Assembly: GCA_039630415.1 (NCBI GenBank)
Contig: JBCNVB010000018.1
Span: 96,001 to 160,000, forward strand
Direction of reading: 5' to 3'
Length of the DNA stretch: 64,000 bases
Source of the DNA: a bacterium
GTDB taxonomy: Bacteria > DRYD01
Shown here: positions 1 to 10,056 of the stretch, one piece after another
Position numbering within the stretch: position 1 is the first letter of the stretch
How the letters are laid out: every line of letters begins with the position of its first letter
Position numbers and translations under genes: made by a program
The notes under the pieces: generated by a model
What the model saw: the letters and a program-made list of their open reading frames with translations, nothing else
What the model was told of the DNA's origin: nothing
Database searches by the model: none

Positions 1-274
1 ACCAAATTCAACGAGAATCAATTTGTATACAGGTACAATGATAGTTAATATCAGTTACAACATTTCAAAATATCTATCCAAAGATCTTAGTAGCCTTAGT
101 TTTCTTGATTTTGTTTCTTACCTAATAGAAAATGATTTACTAGCTTTTTTTGTACCCAGGTTTTATGAAATTACATCTACGAGAGACTTGTTAGAAATTA
201 ATGTTTCATTTATTAAAGATCACTTATTTTTTGATATACTTTTTCCAACATTAAAGCCCTTGAACCTTTTATAA
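1..274 (+). CDS. Probable 3' end of a hypothetical protein (open from the window edge)
   Basis: The frame of ORF 23..274 stays open back to base 2. It overlaps the murF 3' end by about 60 nt and has no recognisable motif. Confidence 0.35.
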   Translation, partial: PNSTRINLYTGTMIVNISYNISKYLSKDLSSLSFLDFVSYLIENDLLAFFVPRFYEITSTRDLLEINVSFIKDHLFFDILFPTLKPLNLL

Positions 275-1652
275 AAATCAAATTCTTACCACTATTTTTC
301 TTTATCTCTGGAAAATTCTTTAAAAGATCATCAACCGTTAAATAATACTTTGCATCATCAAAAAACTTATCTTTTAAATTATAAAAATTGCTTCCTATGT
401 AATAAACCTTTACTTTTGATGGATATTTTGATATCCTTCTTACTATTTTAGCATGGTAAAACCTCGACATATTGCCCAACTCAAGCATATCTCCAACAAA
501 TAACCAAACCTTATCAAAGTATTTAAACACTTTTTCAACTACTTTCAAATTCTCACTCAATGATAGATAGTTACTATTATAATAATCAGAGATTATATAG
601 ATACTTGAAGATAGTTTATGAAAATAAAACCTATCTGTTTCTATAGATGAGTTAAGAATTTCGGAAGAATTCACCAAAATCGATTTAATATATGCATCAA
701 TAGCATTTTTATCCACCAACAGAAAATCAGATATAATCCTTTGAGTAAGTTTTAAGCTAAATAGGAAATTGACTAAGGTAGAAAGAGAAATTATACCTTC
801 AAATTTCAGGTTATATTTTTTACGATCGATTATTATGTCCAAGGTTGTATGTTTTATGGTAGGAGAGTAATTCTTAATAAAACTATTCTTATTAGGTATA
901 AAGTCAAAGTTTGAATAGTTAGTGTATAGACCTTTAATTTTGGAAGGTATGATGAAATAGCCGTGCTTCTTGAGCAAATAGTTAGTCAATTCAGATTCAG
1001 CCCTGATAACACCTTTTAGATTATAAACAAACTCTAAATGTTCAGGCCCAATAGAAGTTATTATTCCGTAGTCAGGATCAGTATAGGAGCATAAATATTC
1101 AATTTGATTAAACCCCCTCATACCCATCTCAAGCACTAATATTTGATGTTGAGAATTAAGACTAAATACAGTAAGCGGGACACCGATTTCATTGTTGAAA
1201 CTTTTTTTAGAAGATAGTACTTTAAATCCCACAAATTCAAGCATATTTTTAAGTATGTTTTTAGTTGTTGTTTTTCCCGCAGATCCGGCAACAGCCACTA
1301 CTTTTAACCCTTTTACCTTATGGTAGTTTACAACTAACCTGGATAGTTCAGCCAAAAAAACAACAGTACTCGGCACTAGGATAAAAACACATTTTTCTTT
1401 CATATGTTCAGGAACTTTGGATATATTTTCAATTACAAAAATTTTTACACCTTTATTATATGCTTGATCCATAAAATCATGCCCATCATAATTCTTTCCA
1501 CATAAAGCAACAAAAATACCTCTTTCACTAAAATTTATTTGTCTAGTATCAGTTAAAACATTTTCTATTACATAATTTCCCTGATTATGAATATTGACAA
1601 CATCTATAACAGATGTATTTTGTATTATTTGATTAAGTGTGAGTTTTATCAT
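213..1652 (-). CDS. murF: UDP-MurNAc-tripeptide:D-Ala-D-Ala ligase
   Basis: TDTR, DGHDF, GSAGKTTTK, SFNNEIGVP, LEMGM, DYYNSN, GDMLELG and KGSR motifs. Start set at ATG 1652. Confidence 0.93.
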   Translation of the reverse strand: MIKLTLNQIIQNTSVIDVVNIHNQGNYVIENVLTDTRQINFSERGIFVALCGKNYDGHDFMDQAYNKGVKIFVIENISKVPEHMKEKCVFILVPSTVVFLAELSRLVVNYHKVKGLKVVAVAGSAGKTTTKNILKNMLEFVGFKVLSSKKSFNNEIGVPLTVFSLNSQHQILVLEMGMRGFNQIEYLCSYTDPDYGIITSIGPEHLEFVYNLKGVIRAESELTNYLLKKHGYFIIPSKIKGLYTNYSNFDFIPNKNSFIKNYSPTIKHTTLDIIIDRKKYNLKFEGIISLSTLVNFLFSLKLTQRIISDFLLVDKNAIDAYIKSILVNSSEILNSSIETDRFYFHKLSSSIYIISDYYNSNYLSLSENLKVVEKVFKYFDKVWLFVGDMLELGNMSRFYHAKIVRRISKYPSKVKVYYIGSNFYNLKDKFFDDAKYYLTVDDLLKNFPEIKKNSGKNLIFIKGSRALMLEKVYQKISDL

Positions 1653-2853
1653 TTTTTTGTAAGGATTTTTCGTAAGCAATTACAAAAGGCAGATAAATAA
1701 GAGCAGATATAATAATGTTAAATAAATTAAGAATAATTGCTCTATAGTCCGTAGTAGCTAAGAAAGCACCTATAGGAGAGGGTAACATCCATGGTGCTTC
1801 CACATACACTTTTCCGACCAAATTAAGTGAAAACGCTACAAAACTAATTGTACCTAAAATTAGTGGAACAATCATGAAAGGTACCAAAAAATAAGGGTTG
1901 AGAATAATTGGAATACCAAAAAGCAAAGGTTCATTTATGTTAAAAAGAGAAGGAACAATAGCTCCTCTAGCAATAGTTCTTAAATAGGATGATCTAGAAA
2001 ACAATAAAAGAATATTCAATCCTAAAGTAGATCCAGCTCCACCAATCCATATAAACCACTGAAAAAATGGATAAGCCGTTATATAAGTTGCTTCCTTTCC
2101 ACTAATAATCATCTCTGCATTAATAACCAAGTACTTTTGCCACAAAGATAGAAAAATACTATTCACCAAAGATATACCATGTATACCCAGAAAATTCGTT
2201 AGATGCAAAAATATGTTCGTAATCCATACAACCAGAATATTATCACCAAAATTCTCAAAAGGCAATAGTACCATCTTCAAAAACTCATTCAACTTCATGA
2301 AATTTGAAATAAAAGCTACAACTAAAAGAGTTATAAGAAATGGTATAATCGAGTTCAAGCTATTAAGTACATACCTTGGAATAGAAGAATCATTCAAAAC
2401 TCTAATCTGCAGTCTATTAAAAATATAGCAGGAAATAAATGAAATAATTATACAAGAAAACATATTTTTTACACCCAAAAGTGATATAAATTGAAATACA
2501 CTCAGTTTATTCCAGTCTTCGTAGATTGCACAGCATACAATAAAACACACTGAAGAAACTAGGGCATATATTACACCATCCTTACCATAAAATACAGCAA
2601 AATTGTAGCCAATACAAAAAGCGAGATATATCGAAACAATACCCATGCTTACTAAATATAACTTTCTGAAAAATTCTACGTAAGATGCCTGTATACCATA
2701 TTGCTTACAAAATACAAAAAATAACAAGAAAAAACTACCAACAACTATAATTGGTACCACATTTATCATAGAATTACGAAGTATAACTATGAAAGGAACA
2801 GAAGTTAGAGACTCTATTTTTGAGAGTATATCAATTATTTTTTGATATTTCAT
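1633..2853 (-). CDS. PTS sugar transporter subunit IIC, lactose/cellobiose family
   Basis: Polytopic membrane protein with GIHG, IGGAGSTLGL, FNINEPLLFGIPIILNP and PWMLPSPIGAFL motifs. Confidence 0.9.
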   Translation of the reverse strand: MKYQKIIDILSKIESLTSVPFIVILRNSMINVVPIIVVGSFFLLFFVFCKQYGIQASYVEFFRKLYLVSMGIVSIYLAFCIGYNFAVFYGKDGVIYALVSSVCFIVCCAIYEDWNKLSVFQFISLLGVKNMFSCIIISFISCYIFNRLQIRVLNDSSIPRYVLNSLNSIIPFLITLLVVAFISNFMKLNEFLKMVLLPFENFGDNILVVWITNIFLHLTNFLGIHGISLVNSIFLSLWQKYLVINAEMIISGKEATYITAYPFFQWFIWIGGAGSTLGLNILLLFSRSSYLRTIARGAIVPSLFNINEPLLFGIPIILNPYFLVPFMIVPLILGTISFVAFSLNLVGKVYVEAPWMLPSPIGAFLATTDYRAIILNLFNIIISALIYLPFVIAYEKSLQKNDKTHT

Positions 2854-3757
2854 TCACGAAGCTTTTCCAAAATACGTAATTAACTTTATAATCTTCACTA
2901 TACTCCATTAAGAATTGCTTTATTTTGTTAGGTAGCATTTCGTAAACTATTCTGCTATAGAAATTTATTCCCAATTTTTGTAAGATTTCCTGGTTTAGAT
3001 ACTTATAATAGAATTTTTTGAGATTTTGTACAGATTCTATTTTGTTCTGTATTCTCTTATCAGTAGGTAAGGGATGCAGATGAATAGTAATAGCCCTGGG
3101 GTTAAAGATTATAGGTATACCCAGTTTATTAAACCTATATCCCAGTTCTAGATCTTCATATCCATAGCTAACAAAATTAGCATCAAACATTCCTGCCTTT
3201 ATGAAGGTTTCCCTTTTACAAGATAAATTACCAGTTAAAAATTTGTACCACTCTATTTTACGAGATAACAAATTTTTTCTACTTTTATTACTAAATCTTT
3301 GCTTGAACATCTGGTTTATATAGCTAATTTGTTGATTTTCATGCTTTGTTTGTTGAACTTTTTGTAAGATTTGAAGTACCTTTTCGTATTCCTGAGTAGT
3401 TTTAGTTCTTAACTCTAGTCCTACACAAGCAGCTTTTGATTTATTTAAAATCGAAAGATGATGATATATAAGATCTCTATGAGGCAACATATCAGCATCC
3501 AAAAACAAAACATATTCTGATTTGGAAATTCTTAAACCTAAATTTCTTGCATGAGATTTAGTAGAATATTGGCAACTTATAATTTTTAGACCATAGCTTA
3601 AATCAATATCTATGGTCTGATTGGTAATATTTTGGTTAGAAGTGTCAACAACAAAAACCTCAAAATCCTTAAAAGTTTGGAAATTAAGTAAAAAAAGAAC
3701 TTTTTTTAGAATATCAGTAATACCGTTAGTTGGAATTATAACTGTTAACACTTTCAC
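2831..3757 (-). CDS. Glycosyltransferase family 2
   Basis: VIIPT, ARNLG, FLDAD and GMFD..F..YGYEDLELGYR motifs. Confidence 0.9.
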   Translation of the reverse strand: MKVLTVIIPTNGITDILKKVLFLLNFQTFKDFEVFVVDTSNQNITNQTIDIDLSYGLKIISCQYSTKSHARNLGLRISKSEYVLFLDADMLPHRDLIYHHLSILNKSKAACVGLELRTKTTQEYEKVLQILQKVQQTKHENQQISYINQMFKQRFSNKSRKNLLSRKIEWYKFLTGNLSCKRETFIKAGMFDANFVSYGYEDLELGYRFNKLGIPIIFNPRAITIHLHPLPTDKRIQNKIESVQNLKKFYYKYLNQEILQKLGINFYSRIVYEMLPNKIKQFLMEYSEDYKVNYVFWKSFVNEISKNN

Positions 3758-3759
3758 TC

Positions 3760-4902
3760 TTATTTTAAATCAGTAGTAGCTGATGAACTCTTAACAAACT
3801 TAGCCCATTCTTGTTGTATTTTTTGAATTATTTCGTTTTTATCTTTGGAAGAGGTAAATTGATAAGTATTGTTTAAAGAAATTAAAACGTCTCCAAACTT
3901 TACAATATTATTAAGAAATTCAATATACTTTTGCCTTCCATACTTACAAATTAGGAAAGAAGTGAAAGATAACGAATTTTGATAAAAATTTTTTATATTT
4001 TCTTTTGCGCTGAAAGAGGGATAGAGAAGGTTTATTAGCTCGTCCTGGTTTACACTTTTCCCTTCTGGGTGTATAACAATTTGATCACTTCCTACTATTA
4101 TTCGGTACTCGTTATATTGTGCAAATCCTTCTTGAATAAATTTAGTTGTTTCATCCTGTATATTTCCCTTCCAAAGAATCGTAAGCACCAAGTGGGATAT
4201 TTCGTGAGGTAATACCCTCTGCACTAAGAAATGATCCCTTTCATGAGCATATATAGCACAAGTAGAAGCATTATAATCGAATATGAACGCACCAGATGAC
4301 CAATCAGGAATCAAGTTATATGCTTTGTAAATTTCATCGTCAGGGGCTAAATATATAGGAATTTTACCTATTCTAGAAAATTCCGAAATAGATAAATTCA
4401 CAAATGAAGCAATCGAATCTACATAAAAATCTAACACATTCCTTAGAATTTGTATAAGCTGATTGTTGGTATAGTAAACCTTAAAGTATTTGGTTTCAAC
4501 TACTTTGTAATCAGAAGCTAAATTTTGATTTAGATATCCCTTATTGATATCTTTCTTCGGGATATCTGGAATTTTATGTCTATAAATCGTATTTAGGTCT
4601 ATTATGCCTGTTTCAAAATTCTTCGTGAGAATTAACTGATCTTTGTAATCATTACATATTTGATCAAGCAAATATTTTCTTTTTTGTGGATTATAGTACT
4701 TTTCAGGTTGGTATATTTTTACTTTTTTGTTTATGATTTCCAACACTTTTTTATCAATCCAAACTGCTTGATTCTCAACTATAAAAAGGGATTTATCTAT
4801 GGGAATATTAAAAATATATAGCATTAAATGTTTGGATGATATTACTATGGGGAATACGAGTAAAAATATCAATAATGCCCTTATCATAAACCTTTTGTAC
4901 AC
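3760..4902 (-). CDS. Exported zinc metallopeptidase (peptidase MA-like/gluzincin)
   Basis: N-terminal signal/TM segment, HEISH with downstream EGFAQY, and the Y..S.SF..FL...YG pattern. Confidence 0.75.
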   Translation of the reverse strand: MYKRFMIRALLIFLLVFPIVISSKHLMLYIFNIPIDKSLFIVENQAVWIDKKVLEIINKKVKIYQPEKYYNPQKRKYLLDQICNDYKDQLILTKNFETGIIDLNTIYRHKIPDIPKKDINKGYLNQNLASDYKVVETKYFKVYYTNNQLIQILRNVLDFYVDSIASFVNLSISEFSRIGKIPIYLAPDDEIYKAYNLIPDWSSGAFIFDYNASTCAIYAHERDHFLVQRVLPHEISHLVLTILWKGNIQDETTKFIQEGFAQYNEYRIIVGSDQIVIHPEGKSVNQDELINLLYPSFSAKENIKNFYQNSLSFTSFLICKYGRQKYIEFLNNIVKFGDVLISLNNTYQFTSSKDKNEIIQKIQQEWAKFVKSSSATTDLK

Positions 4903-4926
4903 CTAGTATTTTTGTACACCTAGTAT
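4893..4926. repeat. Exact 17-bp tandem duplication TTTTGTACACCTAGTAT
   Basis: Copies at 4893-4909 and 4910-4926, spanning the apt stop and the next start codon. Confidence 0.9.
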
Positions 4927-5450
4927 TTTAGGATAGAAAAGAAAGTATAGTCTTTAATTTTTTCTCTTCCATTTAGGAAAGATAGTTCAATTATGAAAGC
5001 AAAACCTGTAACAACACCCCCTAGATTTTCAACAAGTTTCTTGGTAGCTTCAGCAGTTCCACCAGTAGCTATAAGATCATCAACTATTAATACTTTTTCA
5101 CCTGGTTTGATTAGGTCTGTATGTATTTCTAGAACCTCTTCTCCATATTCTAGTTGGTAGGCAGCAGATAATTTTTCGGAAGGTAGTTTTCCCTGCTTCC
5201 TTACAGGTACTATTCCCGCTGAAAGCTTGTAAGCTATTGCTGAACCTATTATATATCCCCTAGCTTCTATTGGAACTACTATATCTATTTGCCTATCTTT
5301 GTAAAAGTCTGATATGGTATCTACTACATATTGAAAAGCTTTCTTATCTCTTAGTAAGGGTGTAATATCTTTGAAGTTGATTCCCGGCTTTGGGAAATTG
5401 GGTATCTCTCTTACCAAACTTCTGATGTAATCTAAAGTAGTTTGACTCAT
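4920..5450 (-). CDS. apt: Adenine phosphoribosyltransferase
   Basis: FPKPGINFKDITPLL, EARG, RKQGKLP, LEYG and VDDLIATGGT motifs; GGAGG SD. Confidence 0.97.
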   Translation of the reverse strand: MSQTTLDYIRSLVREIPNFPKPGINFKDITPLLRDKKAFQYVVDTISDFYKDRQIDIVVPIEARGYIIGSAIAYKLSAGIVPVRKQGKLPSEKLSAAYQLEYGEEVLEIHTDLIKPGEKVLIVDDLIATGGTAEATKKLVENLGGVVTGFAFIIELSFLNGREKIKDYTFFSILKY

Positions 5451-5493
5451 TTGTTTACCTCCCTTTGTTAGCCTTTATTCCTACATAATAATT

Positions 5494-5520
5494 ATTCAAC
5501 ATTGTACAAAAAAAATCCCT
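5494..5520 (-). promoter_or_regulatory. Candidate promoter for apt (AAAGG-N18-TTGAAT)
   Basis: Matches the recurring AGG...TWGAAT motif; spacer is 18 nt, or 17 from the end of AGGG. Confidence 0.5.
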
Positions 5521-5539
5521 TTAGTTAGTTTGCATAGGG

Positions 5540-5564
5540 AGGATAAGGTTTTTAGTTGTAGAAT
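5540..5564 (+). promoter_or_regulatory. Candidate promoter for tRNA-Ile2/upp (AGG-N16-TAGAAT)
   Basis: GGAGGATAA at the -35 position and TAGAAT ending 12 nt before the tRNA. Confidence 0.65.
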
Positions 5565-5576
5565 AGTAAGTAGTAG

Positions 5577-5648
5577 GGGCCCCTAGCTCAACGGCAGAGC
5601 ATGCGGCTCATAACCGCAGGGTTCTAGGTTCGAATCCTGGGGGGCCCA
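5577..5648 (+). tRNA. tRNA-Ile2 (anticodon CAT, lysidine type); elongator Met less likely
   Basis: Cloverleaf with GGGCCCC/GGGGCCC acceptor, TGCGG-CTCATAA-CCGCA and TTCGAAT T loop. Paired 1-72 and no GGG/CCC stem exclude fMet; C4-G69 and C5-G68 fit Ile2. Followed by CCT, so the terminal A is not encoded. Confidence 0.9.
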
Positions 5649-5657
5649 CCTCACAAA

Positions 5658-6314
5658 GTGATAATACCTATAAACCATCCCATAGCACAAATAAAACTCT
5701 CCATCCTAAGAGATAAAAACACAAATCCAGACCTATTTAGAAAATCACTAGAAGAATTATCTTACATATTCGTATTCTATTGCTTTGAAAAAGCAGAATT
5801 AGAAACATTAACTATTCAAACCCCCTTAGACGAAACCATAGGTTTTAAACTCAAAGAAAAATACATTATAATACCTATCCTACGAGCAGGACTAGGACTC
5901 CTACCCGCATTCACAAAACTTATACCAGATATTATTGTCGGAATAATAGGATTATCCAGAGATGAAAATACATTAGAACCTACACAATACTACACAAATC
6001 TACCATCCAACCTATCTGACTTCGTTGCGATAATTTTAGAACCCATGATAGCAACAGGAGGAAGCATAAGAAAAGCAATAGAAATACTCATACAAAGAAA
6101 AGCACAAAAAATTAAAGTCTGCTCCATAATCGCATATGAAAAATCTATAATAGAACTGAATGAAAAATTTCCTTTTGTAGAATTTTTCGTTCTTTCAATT
6201 GATAAATCTCTGAACTCACGAGGATATATAGTTCCTGGTCTGGGAGATGCCGGAGATAGAACTTTCGGCACACTCATAAACTCACAAGTATATATAAAAG
6301 GTAATCAATATTAA
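5658..6314 (+). CDS. upp: Uracil phosphoribosyltransferase
   Basis: HP...LRD, PILRAG, RDENTL, PMIATGGS and YIVPGLGDAGDRTFGT motifs. Confidence 0.97.
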   Translation: MIIPINHPIAQIKLSILRDKNTNPDLFRKSLEELSYIFVFYCFEKAELETLTIQTPLDETIGFKLKEKYIIIPILRAGLGLLPAFTKLIPDIIVGIIGLSRDENTLEPTQYYTNLPSNLSDFVAIILEPMIATGGSIRKAIEILIQRKAQKIKVCSIIAYEKSIIELNEKFPFVEFFVLSIDKSLNSRGYIVPGLGDAGDRTFGTLINSQVYIKGNQY

Positions 6315-6982
6315 GGACCAATTCTTGTAACAGACAGATTATCTAAAAAGTCCCTTATCTTATTTATTAACTCTTCCCTATCACTTCGATTATCTCTATA
6401 AAATTTTTCATCAGTTTCAACAATCATTATAGGGATATTTAGGTTAAACTTGTTGTGGCAAAGGAATTCATCATAGTATTTATTTAAGCCTCTTATATAA
6501 TCAATGCTAATACCATCACGCTGTAATTCTATTTCTCTCGATCTTTGAAGTATTCTTTGATAAAGAGTTTCAGGTTTAGCTCTCAAGTATAGAATAAAGG
6601 TAGGCTTTTTTAATAATTTTTCAGTTAGAAAATCAAACCACTTAGTATAACTTCTCCACTCCCTATCATTCATATAACCATGTTCATATAAATACCTAGC
6701 AAAGACATACCTATCTGAATAAACAGACCTTTCTAAAAGTAGATTTTCAGTCGTGTTACTCTGCGCTTCCATATGTCTTATAGCTCTTATAGTGAAAAAT
6801 TCCCACTGAGTAGAGTAAGCCCATCTTTTTTTATCTTGATAAAACAAATCCAGAAAATTATTTTCATACCAAGGTTCATCAACAGGTAAAAAACCCAATT
6901 CCTGAGAAATAATGTTTAAAACCGTAGTTTTGTAAGCCCCTATGTTTCCATCAACTACTGCAAACACTCTACATCCCCCCAT
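6311..6982 (-). CDS. Deoxynucleoside kinase (dCK/dGK/dAK family)
   Basis: DGNIGAYKTT P-loop, ERSVYSDRYVF and RILQRSRE lid. Confidence 0.9.
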   Translation of the reverse strand: MGGCRVFAVVDGNIGAYKTTVLNIISQELGFLPVDEPWYENNFLDLFYQDKKRWAYSTQWEFFTIRAIRHMEAQSNTTENLLLERSVYSDRYVFARYLYEHGYMNDREWRSYTKWFDFLTEKLLKKPTFILYLRAKPETLYQRILQRSREIELQRDGISIDYIRGLNKYYDEFLCHNKFNLNIPIMIVETDEKFYRDNRSDREELINKIRDFLDNLSVTRIGP

Positions 6983-6999
6983 CTTCTACCACTTCCTTT

Positions 7000-8733
7000 T
7001 TATACAAATATAGCTCCAAACAAACCCAATACAAAACTAATAATATACAGAATAAATATTGCAGCTAACCAAATAAACCTGAAGTAAGATCTGTATGTTT
7101 TACCTTCCTTGGTTTTAATTTCAATAACTTCTATATAAGGGAAAAGAGATCTTCTATAGTAGCCTTTTATTGTAGCTTCTTGCCCTATTAATCCCTTGGT
7201 TATAAAAAATCCGTACATTAAATCACCAAAAGATATACCTGTTTTATAGTCTACATATATAAATCCGGTATTGTCCCTAAGTAATACGTCCTCAGAAAGA
7301 ATAAATCCTGCTTGTTCCCTACCAATTATCTGTCCTTCTATGATTGATGGAATTGATCTTACAATTGAAACTTTAGTTTTACAAAGAAGATCAAAGATAT
7401 TATATTCTTTAAATTTACCTGAGTAGGTAAAAATCCACTTTAAAAGGCTACCTGTAGCAGCACCAGCAAGTATAAAAGCAAAGAACACAGAAGGCTTAAG
7501 CATGATCAAACAAGGACTACTTATCAAAGCCCCTACCAAAGAACCTATTATTGGAGCATATTCAAAGAAAAAGTCTATTAAAAATTCATCCCATAGCGAA
7601 CCAGGTAATATATCCACTCCACCTGTATTTTCTATTTGTATTTGTCTTGGAACCTCTATATGGAAAGGAAGCCCCATTTCTGCAGCTATATTAGATAGAC
7701 TTTTTATTCTTTTGGCTATTAAAGGGTGCGTAGATTGTAGTTCAAGAACAGATGCCCAAGGATTGAATAAGTCCCAAGCCATAATTTTGCTAATAGCACT
7801 TGTAGTTTTACTAATTACTTCATCCAAAGTAACTTCTATAGCTGAAACTCCTAGAGTACCAGAATTCAAAGCTGCTATACTTATCCCTCTTGCTTGTTTA
7901 TAATCCATCAAACCTAGCACTTTGAAAGGAGAATTTAATATACTTCTACCACCTTTACTTTTCTCCTGCTCCCTGCTCTCTTTACTCTCAGGATTGAAGT
8001 TCAGTAATCCATAACCTATTTTAATTAAAGCAGTTGCTAATGCATTAGGATTACGTGTTGTATATGCAGAAAACCTATCCGCTCCATACTCCCTCAATCT
8101 TGAAAGATACAAAACCAAATACTCACTTATGATATAGAAGATATATGTGAATATCACAAATAAGATAAGTAATCCCTGATTTCTTCTAGCTTGTGAAAGC
8201 ATATCAGAACTAACAGAGTATATATAGTAAATAATCATAGGTACAATCGTGGCTAAAGTCATAAAAACAAAATCATAGTGAAATATGTGTCCCATTTCAT
8301 GGGCAAAAACAGCCTTTAACTCTTCTTCGTCCATTATCTTAAATAATCCCCTACTAACAATTATTCTTGCATTAGATGGGAAATTACCATATGTGAATGC
8401 TGTAGGAGTATCATCCTCTATTATTCCTATTCTTGGTGGTCTTAAATTGTTTTTAGCATAATAGCTTCTTATAAACTCCCTTACACTATCATAAGGGATT
8501 TCATTTATAGTTACAAAATTACATCTATACAAAAGTCTCAAGACAATATCATATACAAACGGTGAGAGGAAAAAGTGAAAAATTATTATTACAAGAGTAA
8601 TTAACACCGAAATTCCTATAGAAAAAACACCAAATAAACCATACAGCCCTGAAATCAACACAAAAACAGTAATAAGAATGAATATCATGAAATACATGCT
8701 AAATAGTATACCTGCTGACAGAACAATAAACAT
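7000..8733 (-). CDS. HtpX/M48 membrane zinc protease with a long C-terminal membrane extension
   Basis: PTAFTYG, HEMGH, SRLREYGAD and STHP...RI motifs. Confidence 0.88.
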   Translation of the reverse strand: MFIVLSAGILFSMYFMIFILITVFVLISGLYGLFGVFSIGISVLITLVIIIFHFFLSPFVYDIVLRLLYRCNFVTINEIPYDSVREFIRSYYAKNNLRPPRIGIIEDDTPTAFTYGNFPSNARIIVSRGLFKIMDEEELKAVFAHEMGHIFHYDFVFMTLATIVPMIIYYIYSVSSDMLSQARRNQGLLILFVIFTYIFYIISEYLVLYLSRLREYGADRFSAYTTRNPNALATALIKIGYGLLNFNPESKESREQEKSKGGRSILNSPFKVLGLMDYKQARGISIAALNSGTLGVSAIEVTLDEVISKTTSAISKIMAWDLFNPWASVLELQSTHPLIAKRIKSLSNIAAEMGLPFHIEVPRQIQIENTGGVDILPGSLWDEFLIDFFFEYAPIIGSLVGALISSPCLIMLKPSVFFAFILAGAATGSLLKWIFTYSGKFKEYNIFDLLCKTKVSIVRSIPSIIEGQIIGREQAGFILSEDVLLRDNTGFIYVDYKTGISFGDLMYGFFITKGLIGQEATIKGYYRRSLFPYIEVIEIKTKEGKTYRSYFRFIWLAAIFILYIISFVLGLFGAIFV

Positions 8734-8736
8734 GAT

Positions 8737-10056
8737 TTACTTACCCCCCACTACACAGTATATTGTATTCGTTTTTATGGGTTGTTCTGAAAAAATAAGT
8801 GCCTTTTGTGTTATCTCAAGAGCTTTTTCTAGAGATTTACTATCTTTTGCATAAAGCTTCATTATAGTTTGTCCTTCATTAACATACTGTCCAGCTTCCA
8901 CATTTAGTATAATACCAGCATTATTATCTACTTTATCTTCTATCGTTTTCCTGCTTAATCCCAACTCCCCAGATGCTAGTCCAAGTAAGTAAGTATCAAA
9001 ATGTACAAATCCATTCGAAGGAGATTTATATTCATACTCTATTTTGGGTCCAAAATAGGAGTAAGGATCATCTATTATATTTGCTTGACCACCTTGATTT
9101 TGGATAATTTGCCTAAATTTTTCTATAGCTTCACCCGTATTTATTAGTTTTTCTACCAACTGGTATACTTCCTCTTTAACTTTTTCGGAATATTCTATAT
9201 TATTTGCTAAACAGTGAATAAGGGATATTACAGAAAAACATACCTCTTTTAATCGAGAATACTTATTATAGTTACCTTTAAGAAAGTCTATGGAGGATAT
9301 TATTTCAAGATAGTTGCCAATATGATTATTTAGTGGCTGATTCATATCAGTTATAATAGCTGCACATTTTTTACCAAACTTTTGTGCTATGGATATCATA
9401 GCGTTTGATAATTCAAGTGCTTGTTGATAATCTCTCATAAAAGCTCCATTTCCTACTTTTACATCAAGTATTATTACGTCTGCATTAGCGGCTATTTTTT
9501 TACTCATTATACTTGAGGCTATTAGAGGTATACTGTCTACATTCGCTGTTACATCCCTTAGAGCGTATATTTTTTTGTCCGCTGGCGCTAAATTCAAAGG
9601 TTGACTTATAAATCCACCTACACTTTTTAAACTCTCCATCATATGATCCAACGTCAAGCCGGTTCTTAAATTAGGTATTGATTCCATTTTATCAATGGTC
9701 CCACCAGTATGTCCCAGTGATCTACCAGAAAGTTTAGGAACTTTATATCCTAAACAACAAAGTAAAGGCACCACAATAATGCTAACACTATCCCCTACCC
9801 CACCAGTAGAATGTTTGTCTACTTTTATACCCTGAATATCCTTGTAATCTACCACTACTCCCGTATCAATCATTGCTTTTGTAAAAGCGAATATCTCCTC
9901 TTCATTCATACCATGAATAACTGTACTGGTTAAAAAAGCAGACATTTGGTAATCAGGAATATTACCATAATAATACCCCTTGACAATAAAATCTATCTCT
10001 TGATAACTTAAATTTAGACCTAATCTTTTTCTTCTCAATATATCGTAGATATTCAT
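8737..10056 (-). CDS. pdp: Pyrimidine-nucleoside (thymidine) phosphorylase
   Basis: DKHSTGGVGD, SGRSLGHTGGTIDK, LRDVT and SSIMSKKIA motifs. Start set at ATG 10056, which overlaps the PBP stop as ATGA. Confidence 0.95.
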   Translation of the reverse strand: MNIYDILRRKRLGLNLSYQEIDFIVKGYYYGNIPDYQMSAFLTSTVIHGMNEEEIFAFTKAMIDTGVVVDYKDIQGIKVDKHSTGGVGDSVSIIVVPLLCCLGYKVPKLSGRSLGHTGGTIDKMESIPNLRTGLTLDHMMESLKSVGGFISQPLNLAPADKKIYALRDVTANVDSIPLIASSIMSKKIAANADVIILDVKVGNGAFMRDYQQALELSNAMISIAQKFGKKCAAIITDMNQPLNNHIGNYLEIISSIDFLKGNYNKYSRLKEVCFSVISLIHCLANNIEYSEKVKEEVYQLVEKLINTGEAIEKFRQIIQNQGGQANIIDDPYSYFGPKIEYEYKSPSNGFVHFDTYLLGLASGELGLSRKTIEDKVDNNAGIILNVEAGQYVNEGQTIMKLYAKDSKSLEKALEITQKALIFSEQPIKTNTIYCVVGGK

